DNA of 64,000 nt, taken from the NCBI RefSeq assembly GCF_009914755.1, contig NC_060928.1; one strand, given 5' to 3'. Both the position numbers and the translations under genes were made by a program. Position 1 is the stretch's first letter. Each line of letters opens with the position of its first letter. The DNA comes from the human T2T-CHM13v2.0 reference genome, Homo sapiens. Below, in pieces: positions 1 to 12,417 of the stretch. The notes under the pieces are model-generated. The model saw nothing but the letters and a program-made list of their open reading frames with translations, made no database searches and was not told the DNA's origin.

Positions 1-915
1 TTCAGACTCTTGGAATTGTGCATGTATTAGAAACCTTAAAGTAAAGCTAATCGACAAATTTCTCCCCAGAAGCAGACAGTATCTTAGACATGAACAGCTT
101 TCCTACGATCGAGGATAAGATTTTTCTGCCATCATGAAACTCTTCTCTCTCTTAATTTTGCTTTCTTATTTATGATTCTATGAATTATAGAACTGAAAAG
201 GGGGCCTTTTGTATACCCATGGGGTATATTTTTATTTGTTGAGGATTTCACAGATAATTTTATACAGGGGAAGCCTTAGGCCTTGATGGATGGAATATAA
301 ATGTTCAATGTGGGCTAGGAATTTTAATGGTACCTTTGTTTCTCCATAGTCAGAAACAGAATATTTATTCACTCCTCTTAAACTCCATCATAGAATAGAG
401 AGAATGTTGCAAGGAGGCCTTTACCCTTCTGGATGGGCATCATTTATTAGGTCCCTTTTTTATGACTTGGAGTAAATGCAAATGAGGCAATGATTAGAAA
501 TGTATCCCTTGTAATAGGCAGTGTAGCAGATTCTATTGCAAAGATTATCGTTCACAACAGACTTCTTTAAGTTTTCTTGCTAAAGTTGAGCTAGATAATA
601 GAATTGTTTTACTGGTTGAATAGGGAGTAATCAGTGCAGTTGCTGACACTTCTTTTGCACGTGGACGAATACATCATGTATCACAGAGACTCAGTGGCAA
701 GGGATTAACAAACGGGCTGCTCAGTTAAAACAAATACACTCTTCATCTGGTTCATTATGATAATTCTTTATTTTAGTTGGTTTGGTTCATGGGGACCCTG
801 GCTATAGAGTAAACTCCCAACTATTGGTATTATCCTCCTGAGAGTTATAATAGTAGTCTCCCTGGTGTGCTTTACTCTTTCAAAAGTTTTTAATGTTCAC
901 ATGCAGCCATGCAGA
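1..915 (+). pseudogene. env: Decayed endogenous retrovirus (ERV1, MER4/MER57 group) env gene; SU/TM junction and TM subunit recognisable
   Basis: Manual translation from 386, across frameshifts and stops, gives HHRIER (furin-site-like) | MLQGGLYPSGWASFIRSLF (fusion peptide), LGVNANEAMIRNVSLVIGSVADSIAK, QQTSLSFLAKVELDNRIVLLVE*GVISAVADTSF/CTWTNTS (immunosuppressive domain and degenerate CX6CC region), and WFGSWGPWL*SKLPTIGIILLRVIIVVSLVCFTLSKVFN (membrane anchor). The element is presumed to continue beyond the left edge. Confidence 0.85.
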
Positions 916-1456
916 GAATGCCAAACGGTCTCTTTTCAATTGAAATGACAAAAATTCAAAGAAATAAGTAATCATGAGGACACTGTAACCTATAAACGAC
1001 AAAGTAAGACCAAAACCCAAAATGATGGAGACCAGAAACCCAGAATGAGGTAACTGGGAGTAGTGCCAAAACTGGGAATTGTTAAACAAAATAATGGGAG
1101 GCAATTTTCTTGGATTGAACTCATGCACTAGGTCCACAGATCAAGCCAAAATGAGACACTAATACTATATGCTACATAAGTAAACTGAAACTTTAAGGAA
1201 GCAGATAGATCCCAAAACAGTTAATTTTTTTTCACCTGAAAACAATAGATTAGTGTGTAATAGAGAAATCCCCTCTGCTCTAATCCTTACAAAACAGTTA
1301 CCTGAAGTAATCAATCAGGTTTCCTTTTTTCCATTGTTCCCACCTTACAAAACCCACTGTTCTGCTATTTTCCAGTGGAGTTTAAGACCAAGTAAGTCCA
1401 TTTATCATGGTGACATAAAGACATCAATGCTTAAAGTTTTGGTCAAAGTCTCAATA
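916..1456 (+). mobile_element. ERV1 (MER57/MER4-group) internal 3' region between env and the 3' LTR
   Basis: Lies between the env remnant and the MER57 LTR and ends in the MER4-group-like GACATCAATGCTTAAAGTTTTGGTCAA. It contains an LTR-like start GGGAATTGTTAAACAAAATAATGGGAGG at ~1074-1101. Confidence 0.65.
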
Positions 1457-1846
1457 TTTTAGCCTAAAGCTGACTCCTTACATATTTTTAACTTTAGCCT
1501 AAAGATTTCCTCATACATAGTGAACTCTAACCTAACTGAATGTGTAAACAGACTGTAACCTACTCTTGTTACAAATAGCCACATCTCATCCAATCACAGC
1601 AGCTGAGTTTCAGCCAGTCGCAGACAGCCAACTGTTAAAACTACATTCAAAGACGCCAAAAACTGACTTGTGACCAATTCAGCTATTTCTGTATCTCACT
1701 TCCCTTTTCTGTCCATAAATGTTTTGCGGTCATGTGACAGCCCCCAAATCACTCTGAACCTATTCCAGTTTGAGAGCTTCCTAATTCTCAAAGCTTTCTT
1801 TGCTCAGTGAAGCCCTGTTTAATTGTTTTAAGTTTTTCTTTTAACA
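1457..1846 (+). mobile_element. MER57-family LTR (ERV1), 3' LTR of the env-bearing provirus
   Basis: TTTAGCCTAAAGCTGACTCCTTACATATTTT...ACATAGTGAACT...GTGTAAACAGACTGTAACCTACTCTTG matches the MER57 LTR 5' portion. It has CCAAT boxes and ends TTTAACA. Confidence 0.8.
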
Positions 1847-4074
1847 CTATGTTCTCAACTACAATTGTAATCAATATAGAAAATGATTCCTGTGAAGGTT
1901 GCTAAATTGATTAAATTATTTTTCAAACTTCTAGTTGCTCTCACCTTGGGCTCTTAATCACTGTATTAAAAGAACTAAAATTTTGTTTCTCAATACTAAT
2001 TCCCTGGCAACTCTTTTTATCATAGCAATGACTATCTACTTAAATGCATAAACTATATAACTCTCCGAATGGTTTCCTAAAGTTCCTTTCAGTTTTAAAA
2101 TTTACAATTTTAGTGTGTTTTTAATAAATATTTATAATTATAGAGATAACTTTTATTTTGCTCACCTATTTTGAAGGATCGATGTAAGAATTGGTAAAAT
2201 GATTGAATAGAAGTGAAAACAAAATATTATTATTATTGAATGCTTAAAGCTTGACCCGAGAGATCATTGCATTATATAATTTCTGAATAAACAGATTCCA
2301 TTATATTCTTTGTGGGGTTAGTAAAATAATGTGGTATGACATAAGACAGTAAACATAGTTTCTGTTTTAGAAAAATTCCTTTTATGTACCCTGTTGGAAA
2401 AAAAGAAAAATATTTTTTCTCCATGAAGATAAGCTTCAGTGAAGTTAATTGCTCAGAGCAACTAGTCTTTTAAATTGTTTTTAATGAGGCACAAATCAAT
2501 CATCTGCTCAAACAGTAGGATTTAAAACAGTGCTGCCAATGCTTGCACGTAGTATGTTAACTAGGTGTGTTCCTTTTCTTGGTGGTTTGGACATAAACTA
2601 ATTATAAGCATATATTATGTAAGCACCTGTTGTATGTAAAGCACTAAACAAAGCAGTCTTTCTCAAATAAGTATTTAGATTGACAAACTATTCCTATTCC
2701 ACTAAGAGGAACAAGTTAATATAAAAATAAGTTCCAACTAATTGCATTCACTAAGTAATCTCTAACTTACTCAAAATTAAGAATCGAGCTCATTTCTGAG
2801 AACTGGCTCCAGTAGCTGAAATTGTCTATGAACAAATTTTATAAAGTTTTAAAGACAGTTACTGCTTTGTTATTTATCCATCTCTATATCCATATCTATT
2901 TTGATATTTGAGGAGCCTATTGGTTGAAAATGTAGAGTAGACAGAGTTAACCTGGTAGATATATAGATAGGCATCAAATATATAACGATATACTAAGCAA
3001 AGTTCTTAACCCTTTCTAATTGAAAACAGAGGTAGCTCCAACAGAATTGTCTATATTGATAAATTTAACCACCTCTTGCCTGACTGGCTTTCAGAACATA
3101 AACTCCTGCACTCAGAAAAGACAGTGTGAATGTTATTCCAAAGTGAGGCTATATTACTAGTAGAGGCAATGCTGTCCTCACAGGGGTGGAGTGGGGTGAT
3201 GACTTCACCTAAAGAAGCAAGACTGATGAATTAGGAAGAATAAGACCTGGTAGAATGAGGGACCAGAAAGCACTGACCTAAAGGGAAGCGAAGAAAAAAC
3301 ATCTGAATTATGGATTTGCTATTTGTATAAAGTTTCTCAGTGTCTACATGTTCAGATGTAGAAAGTTTTAGACTCACGTAAGTTTCTTGCTGCAAAATGT
3401 CAAAATCCTGTAGCTATTCCCTTCATTTTACATATCAGAACGCTGAGACTCAAAGTAACAGAGGCTGGGTTGGTACAAAATATCAGATATTCTTCCTGTC
3501 ATTTCTGAGTCTCTTTGACAATGACAGCATCATGTGTAAGTTTTAAAGTACTATATACATGTTAGGTATTAATAGTTTGTGGTACTTGTTATTTCTCACA
3601 GTCTCACTGTTTTACTGGTAGCATAAGGCCTTTACAAGACTTGAGCCTCAATTAGTTATTGTATGATAACATTCTGTGCCTTTCCTGATTCAGTTTCTCA
3701 TCTTTCCGTGAACTTTAAATTGCAGCAGACTTCTATGAAATGAAAAAAACTGAAACTCAGATAAAATTCATACTATGAAAAAATAAATATAATCAAATAA
3801 CTTGTCCTTTTATCTAAAGTAAAAATAGATAACTTCCCTGTCTCCATTATTACGACAGAATTAGTATTGTATTAAAACTGGGGCAAAGGAAAATATCAGA
3901 AAACAAAACATCGTCTATCTTTTGGGGAGAATGAGGTTTGAAGTAGAGAGGCATTTTGTTATGCTTGTCTATCACCTTCTTTGAGAAAGTTTCTGTGTAG
4001 AGTCTACACAGCATGGCATCCCATGGCCATTTCACAGGCATGGTAAATTGTCTCAACCTTCCTTATGAATTCCG

Positions 4075-4530
4075 TGAAGATTTATTAAGGACTTTATGTA
4101 CATGGCAAACACTACACTAAGCAATAAAAGTGCAAGCGAATGCTTACAAGGGGACACAGACAAAGTTGCAAATAATTAAGATTCACTAGGGTGAGCCCTA
4201 AAACTCAAATAGTAATAATAGTGTAATAGTAAGGCAGGCTTTAGAATCTGTAGAGAACTTAAAAAAGATGACAGCAGAGTTGGAGATTTTTGTATTATTA
4301 AGTAGGTGTTTAAAGTGTATTCAAGAAAGAGTAAAAGGCTTTAGAGAGGTATAGTTATATATGCTTTTTAGATAATCAAGAAGAGTTTTTTGGTTTGACA
4401 GAGCTTTTATGGAAGGAACTAATAGCTGAAGATAGAAATGCATCCAAAATCAGATGTTAGGAACACTGGGAGTTGTCTATGGGGAAACACTGAAGGATTT
4501 TAAACAGGACCTTGTTATGAGTTTCCAAAG
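4075..4530 (-). mobile_element. Old L2 LINE fragment
   Basis: Degenerate antisense L2 3' features: ATTTATTAAGG...ACACTACACTAAG and GGGAAACACTGAAGGATTTTAAACAGG. Boundaries are approximate. Confidence 0.5.
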
Positions 4531-4659
4531 ATCATATTATGAAGTCACTTTTCAAGCCATGTAAGTCCAATTCAATTACTTTGTGTTTTTCAACATAATC
4601 TACTTCTTGGTTTACCTCTTCTTTCCCTGGAGGTGTCTGTGGCTGTGACAATACTGTTA

Positions 4660-4752
4660 GCTTCTCCTTTTTCTCCTTTTTCCCATTTCTCCTGCCTTTC
4701 CCCCTCCTCTCCCTCTTCTCCACCTCCTCTACTCCTCCTCTTCCTTCTTCTT
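4660..4752. repeat. Pyrimidine-rich (CT/CCT) low-complexity tract
   Basis: About 90 bp that are almost entirely C and T. Confidence 0.85.
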
Positions 4753-5139
4753 TAACAATTTCATAACATAATCTCAAAATTACTGGTACTTTAGGTCTCA
4801 AAACTCTGTGAAGCTAATTAAAATCAAAGAGCTTTCATAATGAGTTAATAGATTTCATAGCTTGTTATGAACATGTTGATTATTGCTCTGTTGCTTTGCC
4901 CACTCTGTGAGTATAATGCAAAACTTATGGCAGGTATTTTTTAGAATGATTTTGACTTAAAAACAAAAAAATGCAATGTTTTCTAAAAATTTCTAACCAG
5001 TTCAAATAGCATTATTAATTTGGAAGACATTGGTAATAATAACATTAATTTACCATATGCATGATATGAGCTAAAAAATATTGACTTTCTATTGCCTTAT
5101 AACACGTTAGTACAAACTGAGTAGTTTGATACAATACCT

Positions 5140-6391
5140 GTGTATTAACTAACAGTCTGAAGGTCAAAAGTTCAGTCACTTATGACTTAGTCCTGTCCTC
5201 AAGATCTTAAAAAGGTGAAATCCAAATATCAGCTAAATTGTGTGTCTTTCTGGAGCTTGTGGTCCTTTTTCTAGTTGACATTATTACTGGCAGAATTCAG
5301 TGGTTTGCAGTTGTAGTACAGCTGAGGTTACTGTTCACTTGCTGGCTTTGATACAGAGCTTATTCTCAGCTTCCAGAGGCAAGTAAAATGTCCTTGAAAT
5401 ATAACCCCTTCCTTATACCCTCTTATACTTTGTATATCTCTGACACTTGAAAGGGCAGTGATTTTAATGCCTCTCCTAAGTTGGTCAGGCTCACATAGAT
5501 ATTCTTCACCTTCATTAACTTAACTGATTGGATTGGGTTGAATTCTTGGTACATGAACTCAGGTATATGAATCAAGGTATTTTGTTGGGGTGATCAGACC
5601 CAACACCAGGCTGTGGGGGCCATGAAGTCCGGTAGAGTCAAAGGAATGAGACAAGACAAATTAAGAGTGCATAAAGTGGGACCAGGGGGCCAACACTAGT
5701 ATGGAAGCTACGAAGGCCCTGAGCTCTGGAAGCCCACACTATTTATTGGTGATCAAACAAAGAAGCAGGTGGTGAGTCTGTGGGGGTTGAAAGAAAGTGC
5801 TGTATCAAGCACATGATCTACAGCTGTGACAGTTTAGCATTTTCTTTGAAGCATATGGAACATGTTCTGCTACTTGAGATAATGAGAAATATGTTCTTCT
5901 AGTTTAAGATACAATCGATCTATGAGCCTGGGAGTGCTAGAAGCAAGGAGCTAGCAAGGTTAGACACATTCCAGAGGCCATGAGGGGCTTTATGCCCTGA
6001 GCCCTGGATTTCGTCCAAGCCGCTAGAGGTTTTATGCCCTGGACTTAGATTGTGGTGTGGCAGGGCAGCCTTCCACCCTTTGGCACGGAGCTTGGTGTTC
6101 CAAAGGCCATGAGGGGTTTTAGACCCTGGCCCCTGGACATGTTCCGAGACTCTTTTACATTATCTCAGACATACAAGCCCTGCCTCAGCTTTTTTCCCAA
6201 CACTCTGCTTTTCCTCAACAGTATTTTCCAGATATATTTTTATTACATCTGAGAACTCTCTTTGCTATATAATTTAACATAATTAAGTCAGATGTATTCT
6301 ATCATCAAGAAGTCCCCCACACTCAAGGGCAGGAAATCACACAAGAGTGGACAGAAGTGATAGGAGACATCTTAAAAATTCTGCCTACCAT
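5140..6391 (-). mobile_element. MLT1E-type MaLR LTR, interrupted by LTR14
   Basis: Right end CATCTTAAAAATTCTGCCTACCA is the reverse complement of the MLT1E 5' end. Internal matches include CCCACACTCAAGGG and TGGCAGAATTCAGT...TTGCAGTTGTAG. Confidence 0.7.
5583..6220 (-). mobile_element. LTR14-family solo LTR (ERVK/HERV-K14 group)
   Basis: TG...CA termini, 638 bp, and a perfect 6-bp TSD GTATTT (5577-5582 and 6221-6226). The minus strand begins TGTTGAGGAAAAGCAGAGTGTTGGGAAAAAAGCTGAGGCAGGGCTTG, has repeated GGGCATAAA(A)CCCCTC-type units and an AATAAA. Confidence 0.88.
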
Positions 6392-6505
6392 ATAAACATT
6401 CTGTTAAATGATTTATATGCATTATTTTGATATCTCAATATAATTTGATTGTCCCAGATTTATAGATAAGTAAAGCCAGTCTTTGAGAGAGTATGAAACT
6501 TGGCC

Positions 6506-6803
6506 AGCCAGCCACAGTGGCTCACACCTGTAATCCCAGCACTTTGGGAGGCTGAGGCAGATGGATCACCTGAGGTCAGGAGTTCGAGACCAGTCTGGGC
6601 AATATGGTGAAACCCCTCCTCTACTAAAAATGCAAAAATTAGCCAGGTGTGGTGGTGCATGTCTGTAATCCCAGCTACTTGGGAGGCTGAGACAGAAGAA
6701 TTGCTTGAATCCAGAAGGCGGAGGTTACAGTGAGCCAAGATCACACCACTGTATTACAGCCTGGGCGACAGATTGAGACTCTGTCTCAAAAAAAAGAAAG
6801 AAA
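6506..6803 (+). mobile_element. AluS (Sx-like) SINE, full length
   Basis: Dimeric Alu with A-rich tail and TSD GAAACTTGGCC (6495-6505 and 6804-6814). Confidence 0.95.
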
Positions 6804-7068
6804 GAAACTTGGCCTAGGCTATAGGAGGAATTCAACTGAATTGGATCTGAAATCCAAGGATGAAATATTTTATACTATGAAATACTTCTTTGTTAACAGT
6901 TAATTCTCATTTAACAAAAGTAGTTAAATTATAACTTTTTAATGAAAAGTATAGATAACATGTTGAATCTATTTTGTTTTTTTCATTTTTATGCTGATGC
7001 ATACTGAGAATTCACATTGATATAAACCTGAACACCAAGACATTAAAAAATATTGTTAATATCTCTGA

Positions 7069-7235
7069 GGTGTGTGTGTATGTTTTTGTGTGCACACATG
7101 TGTGTATTTGTGTGTGTGTACACATTCCTATATTGTGAAGTGTTGGTTCAATGGCACTGGTGTTACAGGATTACATTCTTCATCAGTTTCATCAGTTGCA
7201 TAATTTGTGTTTCGTGTGTGTGTGTGTGTGTGTGT
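7069..7235. repeat. Two (TG)n-rich microsatellite tracts
   Basis: Imperfect TG runs at 7069-7120 and a pure (TG)n run at ~7214-7235. Confidence 0.85.
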
Positions 7236-7309
7236 TAGGTCCCTTCTATAAAGTAATACAAATAAGTTAAAACTGAACTCCTTTTCATAGAGATCATTGA
7301 TCTACAAAT

Positions 7310-7902
7310 ATTGAAGGCAGAATTCTAAGATGTCCCCAAGATTCTCAACCCCTCTGATACAGGCTTTATATAATTCTCATGACTATGAATACGATGAATT
7401 TTGCTCCCATGGTTATGTAATATGGCACAGTAGGCTTAAAGATAAGGAACTTAGCTGGTGGGTGTGACCTAATCACACAGACCTTTTAAAAACAGAAAGG
7501 CCTGGTCACAGAAGGAAAAGTCAAAGATATTTCATGTTTGAGAAGAACATTTTCTATTGCTGAGATAGAGAAGATCAAGTAACAAGGACTTTAGATCAGC
7601 CTCTGAGAGCTAAGAATGATCCGTGGCCAGCACCTAGCCAAACAAGAGGACCTCTTATGACCACAGGAAATGAATTATACTAGCGACCTGGAAGAGTTTA
7701 GAAGTAGGCCTTTCTCCAGATTAGCTTCCAGATGAGGATAGTCAGTCGACCCCTTGATTTTAGCCTGGTGAGACTCCTAGCCGAAGATTGAAATTAAATG
7801 CGCCAAATTCTTAACCACAGAAGCTGAGATAATAAATTTGTGTTGCTTTAAACTGCTAAATATGAGGTAATTTGTTACTCAGCAACAGAAAACTACTAAA
7901 CA
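7310..7902 (+). mobile_element. MLT1E-type MaLR solo LTR
   Basis: Starts GGCAGAATTCTAAGATGTCCCCAAGATT. Ends AATAAATTTGTGTTGCTTTAAACTGCTAAA...GGTAATTTGTTACTCAGCAACAGAAAACT, the typical MLT1 3' end. Confidence 0.85.
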
Positions 7903-9427
7903 CATAAAAGGGAATTTTAATAGTATGGGTTCTTTAAACATTTGAGTGAATTTCGAAAGCCTTGTTGGGTTCTTGAAGAAAACCATGCAGGCATGCTCAG
8001 ACATCGACACTGGTTTCTTAACAACCAAACTAGATTGTCTTGTCAAGATGCTTCAAGGAGCTATACCCTTAAAATCCATCTGTTCAATAGCTGTGAGGTG
8101 AGATTTCCAACTGACACATATGATTGCTCTCACGTAGACTATCCAAGGTTTGAAAATGAGAGCTGTCACACTTGGCTGGTTACTTGGAATGAGAGACTAG
8201 GTTTAGTGTATCGAAGCCACTGAATTATAATGACGACTGATTCTCTTCAACGTCTAAATTAAAAACAATAGTATTAATAAAATGTTAAAAATGGTAAAAT
8301 AAATGAGGGGGAAAATTAAGAAAGGCAGTAGAAAATAATAATATGGAGGGTGCATGTTGTTGTTAGGAGGTGAACTAAAACCTCAGTGAGACGTATAATC
8401 TGGACTTAATCTGGAATACATGTTTGTACTTCACATATATGGAATTACTTTAATTTACAAAGCTTTTAGATAGTCCAGCTGTTAAATATTCTATATATCA
8501 GGTATTAAAGGTTATCATAACATATGGCTTTTACAAAAAAATTGCTAAGTCTAAAATTATTTTTTCCCAAAAGGCCATTATAAAGAGATATTTTCTCCCT
8601 CCTAAAATAAAAAAAAAAAACAACACACACATGCACACACATTTTAAACAATAGCATTATCCCTGATAGATGGATACCTAACTTTTTTTCTTCCTATAAA
8701 ATAATTATTTTGAAGTATTGGCAGCTCCCCTTATATGCACATGCTGATGAGCACAGGTGTGTAAAAGCCATATGGTCACTCTTTCTAATTCATCTTGTTC
8801 ATTAAGGTGACATTAAATTTTATTATAGCACTTCAATAATGTTAGTTTTTTCATGCCTACGTTATTCTATTTCATCAATATTTCAAAAACAATGCCAAGA
8901 CTATTTTATATTTTATAATAAACAGGCAATGAAATTTAAATCAATAAGCACTTCAGTTCTAATACATGCCGCTTAGGTTTAGAGAGAAATATGGTGTGAA
9001 TTAGCATCCTCCCTTTAGATAAAAAGACTCATTCATTAAGGAAGACATTCATATGCTGAGACACCATAACCTATTGGAAACACTCTAATAAAAAACCAAT
9101 CACTTATGTTTTCATAGCACTGCAATGCTCAGGAAGTAGGGGTATGGAGTCAGAGAGTGGGTTTTAACAAAATTATTTATTAATACAGTAGTGGAAAATA
9201 CTGATTAAACTATTCCCTACTTCCTGCCAACTACAGTCACCTGGAAGGAACACGCTAAAAGAAATACAAAGTGTCAAAGAAACATTAAGATTGAAATGTA
9301 GTATTCTCTGACATATATAGTCTTCTTAGCTAATATGATCTTTGTTGCTTTCATTGTTATTTTTTTTTTTTTTTGCTGTTTTTCAGCATGCATCTACATC
9401 TTAATTACAATTAAGAAATATCTTCCT

Positions 9428-9560
9428 GGCCGCATGCAGTGGCTCATGCCTGTAATCCCAGCACTTTGGGAGACCGAGGTGGGTGGGTCACGAGGTCAAG
9501 AGTTCAAGACCAGCCTGGCCAAGATGGTGAAACCCTGTCTCTACTAAAAAAAAAAAAAGA
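9428..9560 (+). mobile_element. Alu left monomer only (AluSg-type) with poly(A) and TSD
   Basis: Left arm ending CTACTAAAAA(A)n, with GGTCACGAGGTCA and GCCAAGATGGTG (Sg-like). TSD AAGAAATATCTT at 9413-9424 and 9561-9572. Confidence 0.9.
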
Positions 9561-10884
9561 AAGAAATATCTTTTAGCTGTTTACCTACTTCCTGGAAAAA
9601 TAGTAGCTCTCTGTAGCATTACGGAGTTTCAGTGGAACCAAATTTTTACCATTAAAAACTGGCATTAAATTGAAATATATGTTATATGCCTCAGTCATTT
9701 CAAACTTCATTGTAATTATCTAGCTCACAAGTTGGTGAACATTCAAAACTAGACATGAGTCACGACATCTGTTAACATTTCTACTTTCAGATTATATCAC
9801 AAGATGGCTAGGAAAAGATTAGATGGCATTTTCCTAAAAATTACCTGACAATTGTCCCTCACTTCTCATTCTTTTTTTAGAAGAGATAAAAGTTTTTATT
9901 CTATAATAAATGTGTAGGAATTCAAGGGACAGCAAAAGATAGAAAATAAATAGAAACTATAAATAGAAATTGAAAGGCATACATCCACATAAATATGAAA
10001 TAAACCCTGAAAACCTAAAAGAAAAAACAAACAAACAAAAAAAAAAAACAAAGGAATCAATGTTAGAGCACAAAGGACAAGACTTTATAATTACATTCTG
10101 CACATCACTGCTTGAAATTAGAGCTCATTTTGTGTATAGAGTAACACTGGTAAATATTCAGTTTGGGTATTGAATATAGATTGTTGATGTATTTGTAAGA
10201 AATCTCAGGCAATTTTCAGCTTTGGACCAGTCAACATGAACTAGAACAACTTTGTTTATGGCCCCCTACAGCTGAACAGAATTTAAAAATAATAAAACCT
10301 ACTACTACCCATTGTGTTTTCAATCTCATTGACATTATACAAGTAAATAAAAATGTGTTCTACCTCAGAAATTTCCTTAAAACTGAGTTTCAGAATTCTA
10401 AGTATGAGTGCTTTACATAGGTATCTGTAATTTCAAGTCAAAATACTAATTTGGTAACAGAGTAGCTGTACTATCTGTCCCCACATGACATTTCTTTCAT
10501 TTAACTGCCCAGGAAGTCAAGGTAGGTAATGAAGCCTGAATCATGGCAAATGTCAAATAACTCAATCTGCCCCATTTGAAGCATCATACAAAAGATACAA
10601 TGTTATCTTGGCTCATCTGTGGGTCTGGCCTTTATGCGATTGGTTTATCATATACTGGCTTCTAGCTTCCACTTGTGTCTCTTAGGGTGAAGCTGTTGGT
10701 GTTTTTTGTGGGTACAATTTCTGCTACAGATCTGAGAGAATATAATCCTGCTGTGTTTAGCAAATCGCTCTTCCTCTGAATTAGTATTTTAAGGGGCCTT
10801 ATATGGTATTGCTTAGTTCCTTTGCTGCTGGTCCAGAAGCTTGAACGGCAGATTTATCTTCAAGGAAAGTTATGTTCTATCACC

Positions 10885-11360
10885 TTAATGGGGAATTAGC
10901 TACATAAAGTATTTGAGATTCTTTTTCATGGGAGATTTGTCTATTTTTACCAATTACTTATGTATTTTATAATTTATATCATTATGAACACATGAATATT
11001 TACTTCATACTTCTGTTTTAATTCAATCCTTCTTTCTTTGTTTTGTTGTTTAAATTGTTCCAGCTTTGACAATTAGAAACTTTCATAGTTGCCCCCTTTG
11101 TCATACCCCCATTAATAAACGTTGTTGTTTTTAGCACACTTGCTTGCTTTCTGACATCATAACATGCTCCAGATTCATCTTGCGTATTCCCTGCCCCAAT
11201 CCTCGAATCAGGCATTATCCCAGGCTCCTTTATTTGAGAGTAGTGTTAGAAACCAAGACTTGGGTGTGGTGTTGGATGTATTTGTTGTGCTACTACGGTG
11301 TCATTGCTTCTAGACCCTCTCAGCAGGTAGAGCTTGGAAAATATAGATGTATAATATATG
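10885..11360 (-). mobile_element. Old L1M (L1MC/MD-like) 3' fragment
   Basis: AATTGTTCCAGCTTTGAC, CATCTTGCGTATTCCCTGCCCCA, TTAGAAACCAAGA and GGTGTCATTGCTTCTAGACCCTCTCAGC match antisense L1MC-type 3' UTR. Confidence 0.7.
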
Positions 11361-11734
11361 CTAAACTCATTTAAGATTTTTAAGCAAAGTTCACTACATA
11401 TGGTTTAGACTCTGTGAAAATTGTACCTACTAGAGTTGGGGAGTTCACTGACTGCATAGTCAAGTTCAGAAGCTCTGATAAAGTTAACACTGAAGTGATA
11501 CATAAAATCAACTTGTAAGAAAATGGCGGAGATAGTCTATCTACTATTAGTACAAGCTGCCAATAGGAAGCAACATTTTGAGCTAAAAGCAATTGAATAA
11601 TTGGATCTAACAAAAAAATCATCTAAAGATAAAGGTACAAATACATATATCTCTTCCTAAAAATTTGATTTACTTTCTCTATGCTTAATGCTGTCGCTCA
11701 TGCTAATAAGTATGTGAAACCATCATAATCAGTA

Positions 11735-11900
11735 AGGCAATTAAAAAGCAAATATGAATAAGCTCTAGAGATATATTGTACAACATTTTACCTCTAGTCA
11801 ATAATATGGAACTGTACACTTAAAAATTTTGTGAAGAAGGTGGATTGCATGTGTAGTGTCCTTACCAAACTAAAATAAAACTAAGATTAAAAAAAAATTT
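11735..11900 (+). mobile_element. L1MA/MB-type 3' end fragment
   Basis: GAATAAGCTCTAGAGATATATTGTACAACAT...GTCAATAATA...TACACTTAAAAATTTTGTGAAGAAGGTGGAT...GTGTCCTTACCA followed by an A-rich tail. Confidence 0.7.
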
Positions 11901-12417
11901 AGAATATTTTTAAATGTTCATTTTGAGGTAGGAAAAAGATCTGTACCATTAATAAATAAAATCAATATTGAAAATATTTTATTTTATCAAATTAAAAATA
12001 TTTTAAATATGTTTATATTATTTATAATGTCTTAGCACAGTGGAAGTAGAAAGTAACAGTAATATAGAAAATATTTAAATAAATGAGGGATTCTGATTTG
12101 GGTCAAGAGGGAGTAATAATAACACAGTGAAACAGAAAACTGCTTACTTTCCTCCAAAGAGGATAAAATATAAAAAACAATAGTTGATACACATTCACAG
12201 ACAATAAAGCACTATCATCTTAAGAAGTGGAGCAAGATAATAAAAACTAAAAAAAAATTAAATTAAGGTCATCTCTATGACTGTCCCAACTGATTGGCTT
12301 GAGAAGGTTATCAGGATGCAGGGAATGGAGAAAGAAATCAGTGAAAACCTGGTACATTCCCTGTCTTCAGAGAAAACTCTGATTGTACTTAAGACATAAC
12401 AGGCTGAGAGAGGGTAC

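Noticed and set aside
4532-4801. Charged Glu/Lys/Arg-rich 89-aa ORF
   Set aside because: It is produced by the CT-rich low-complexity tract read on the opposite strand.
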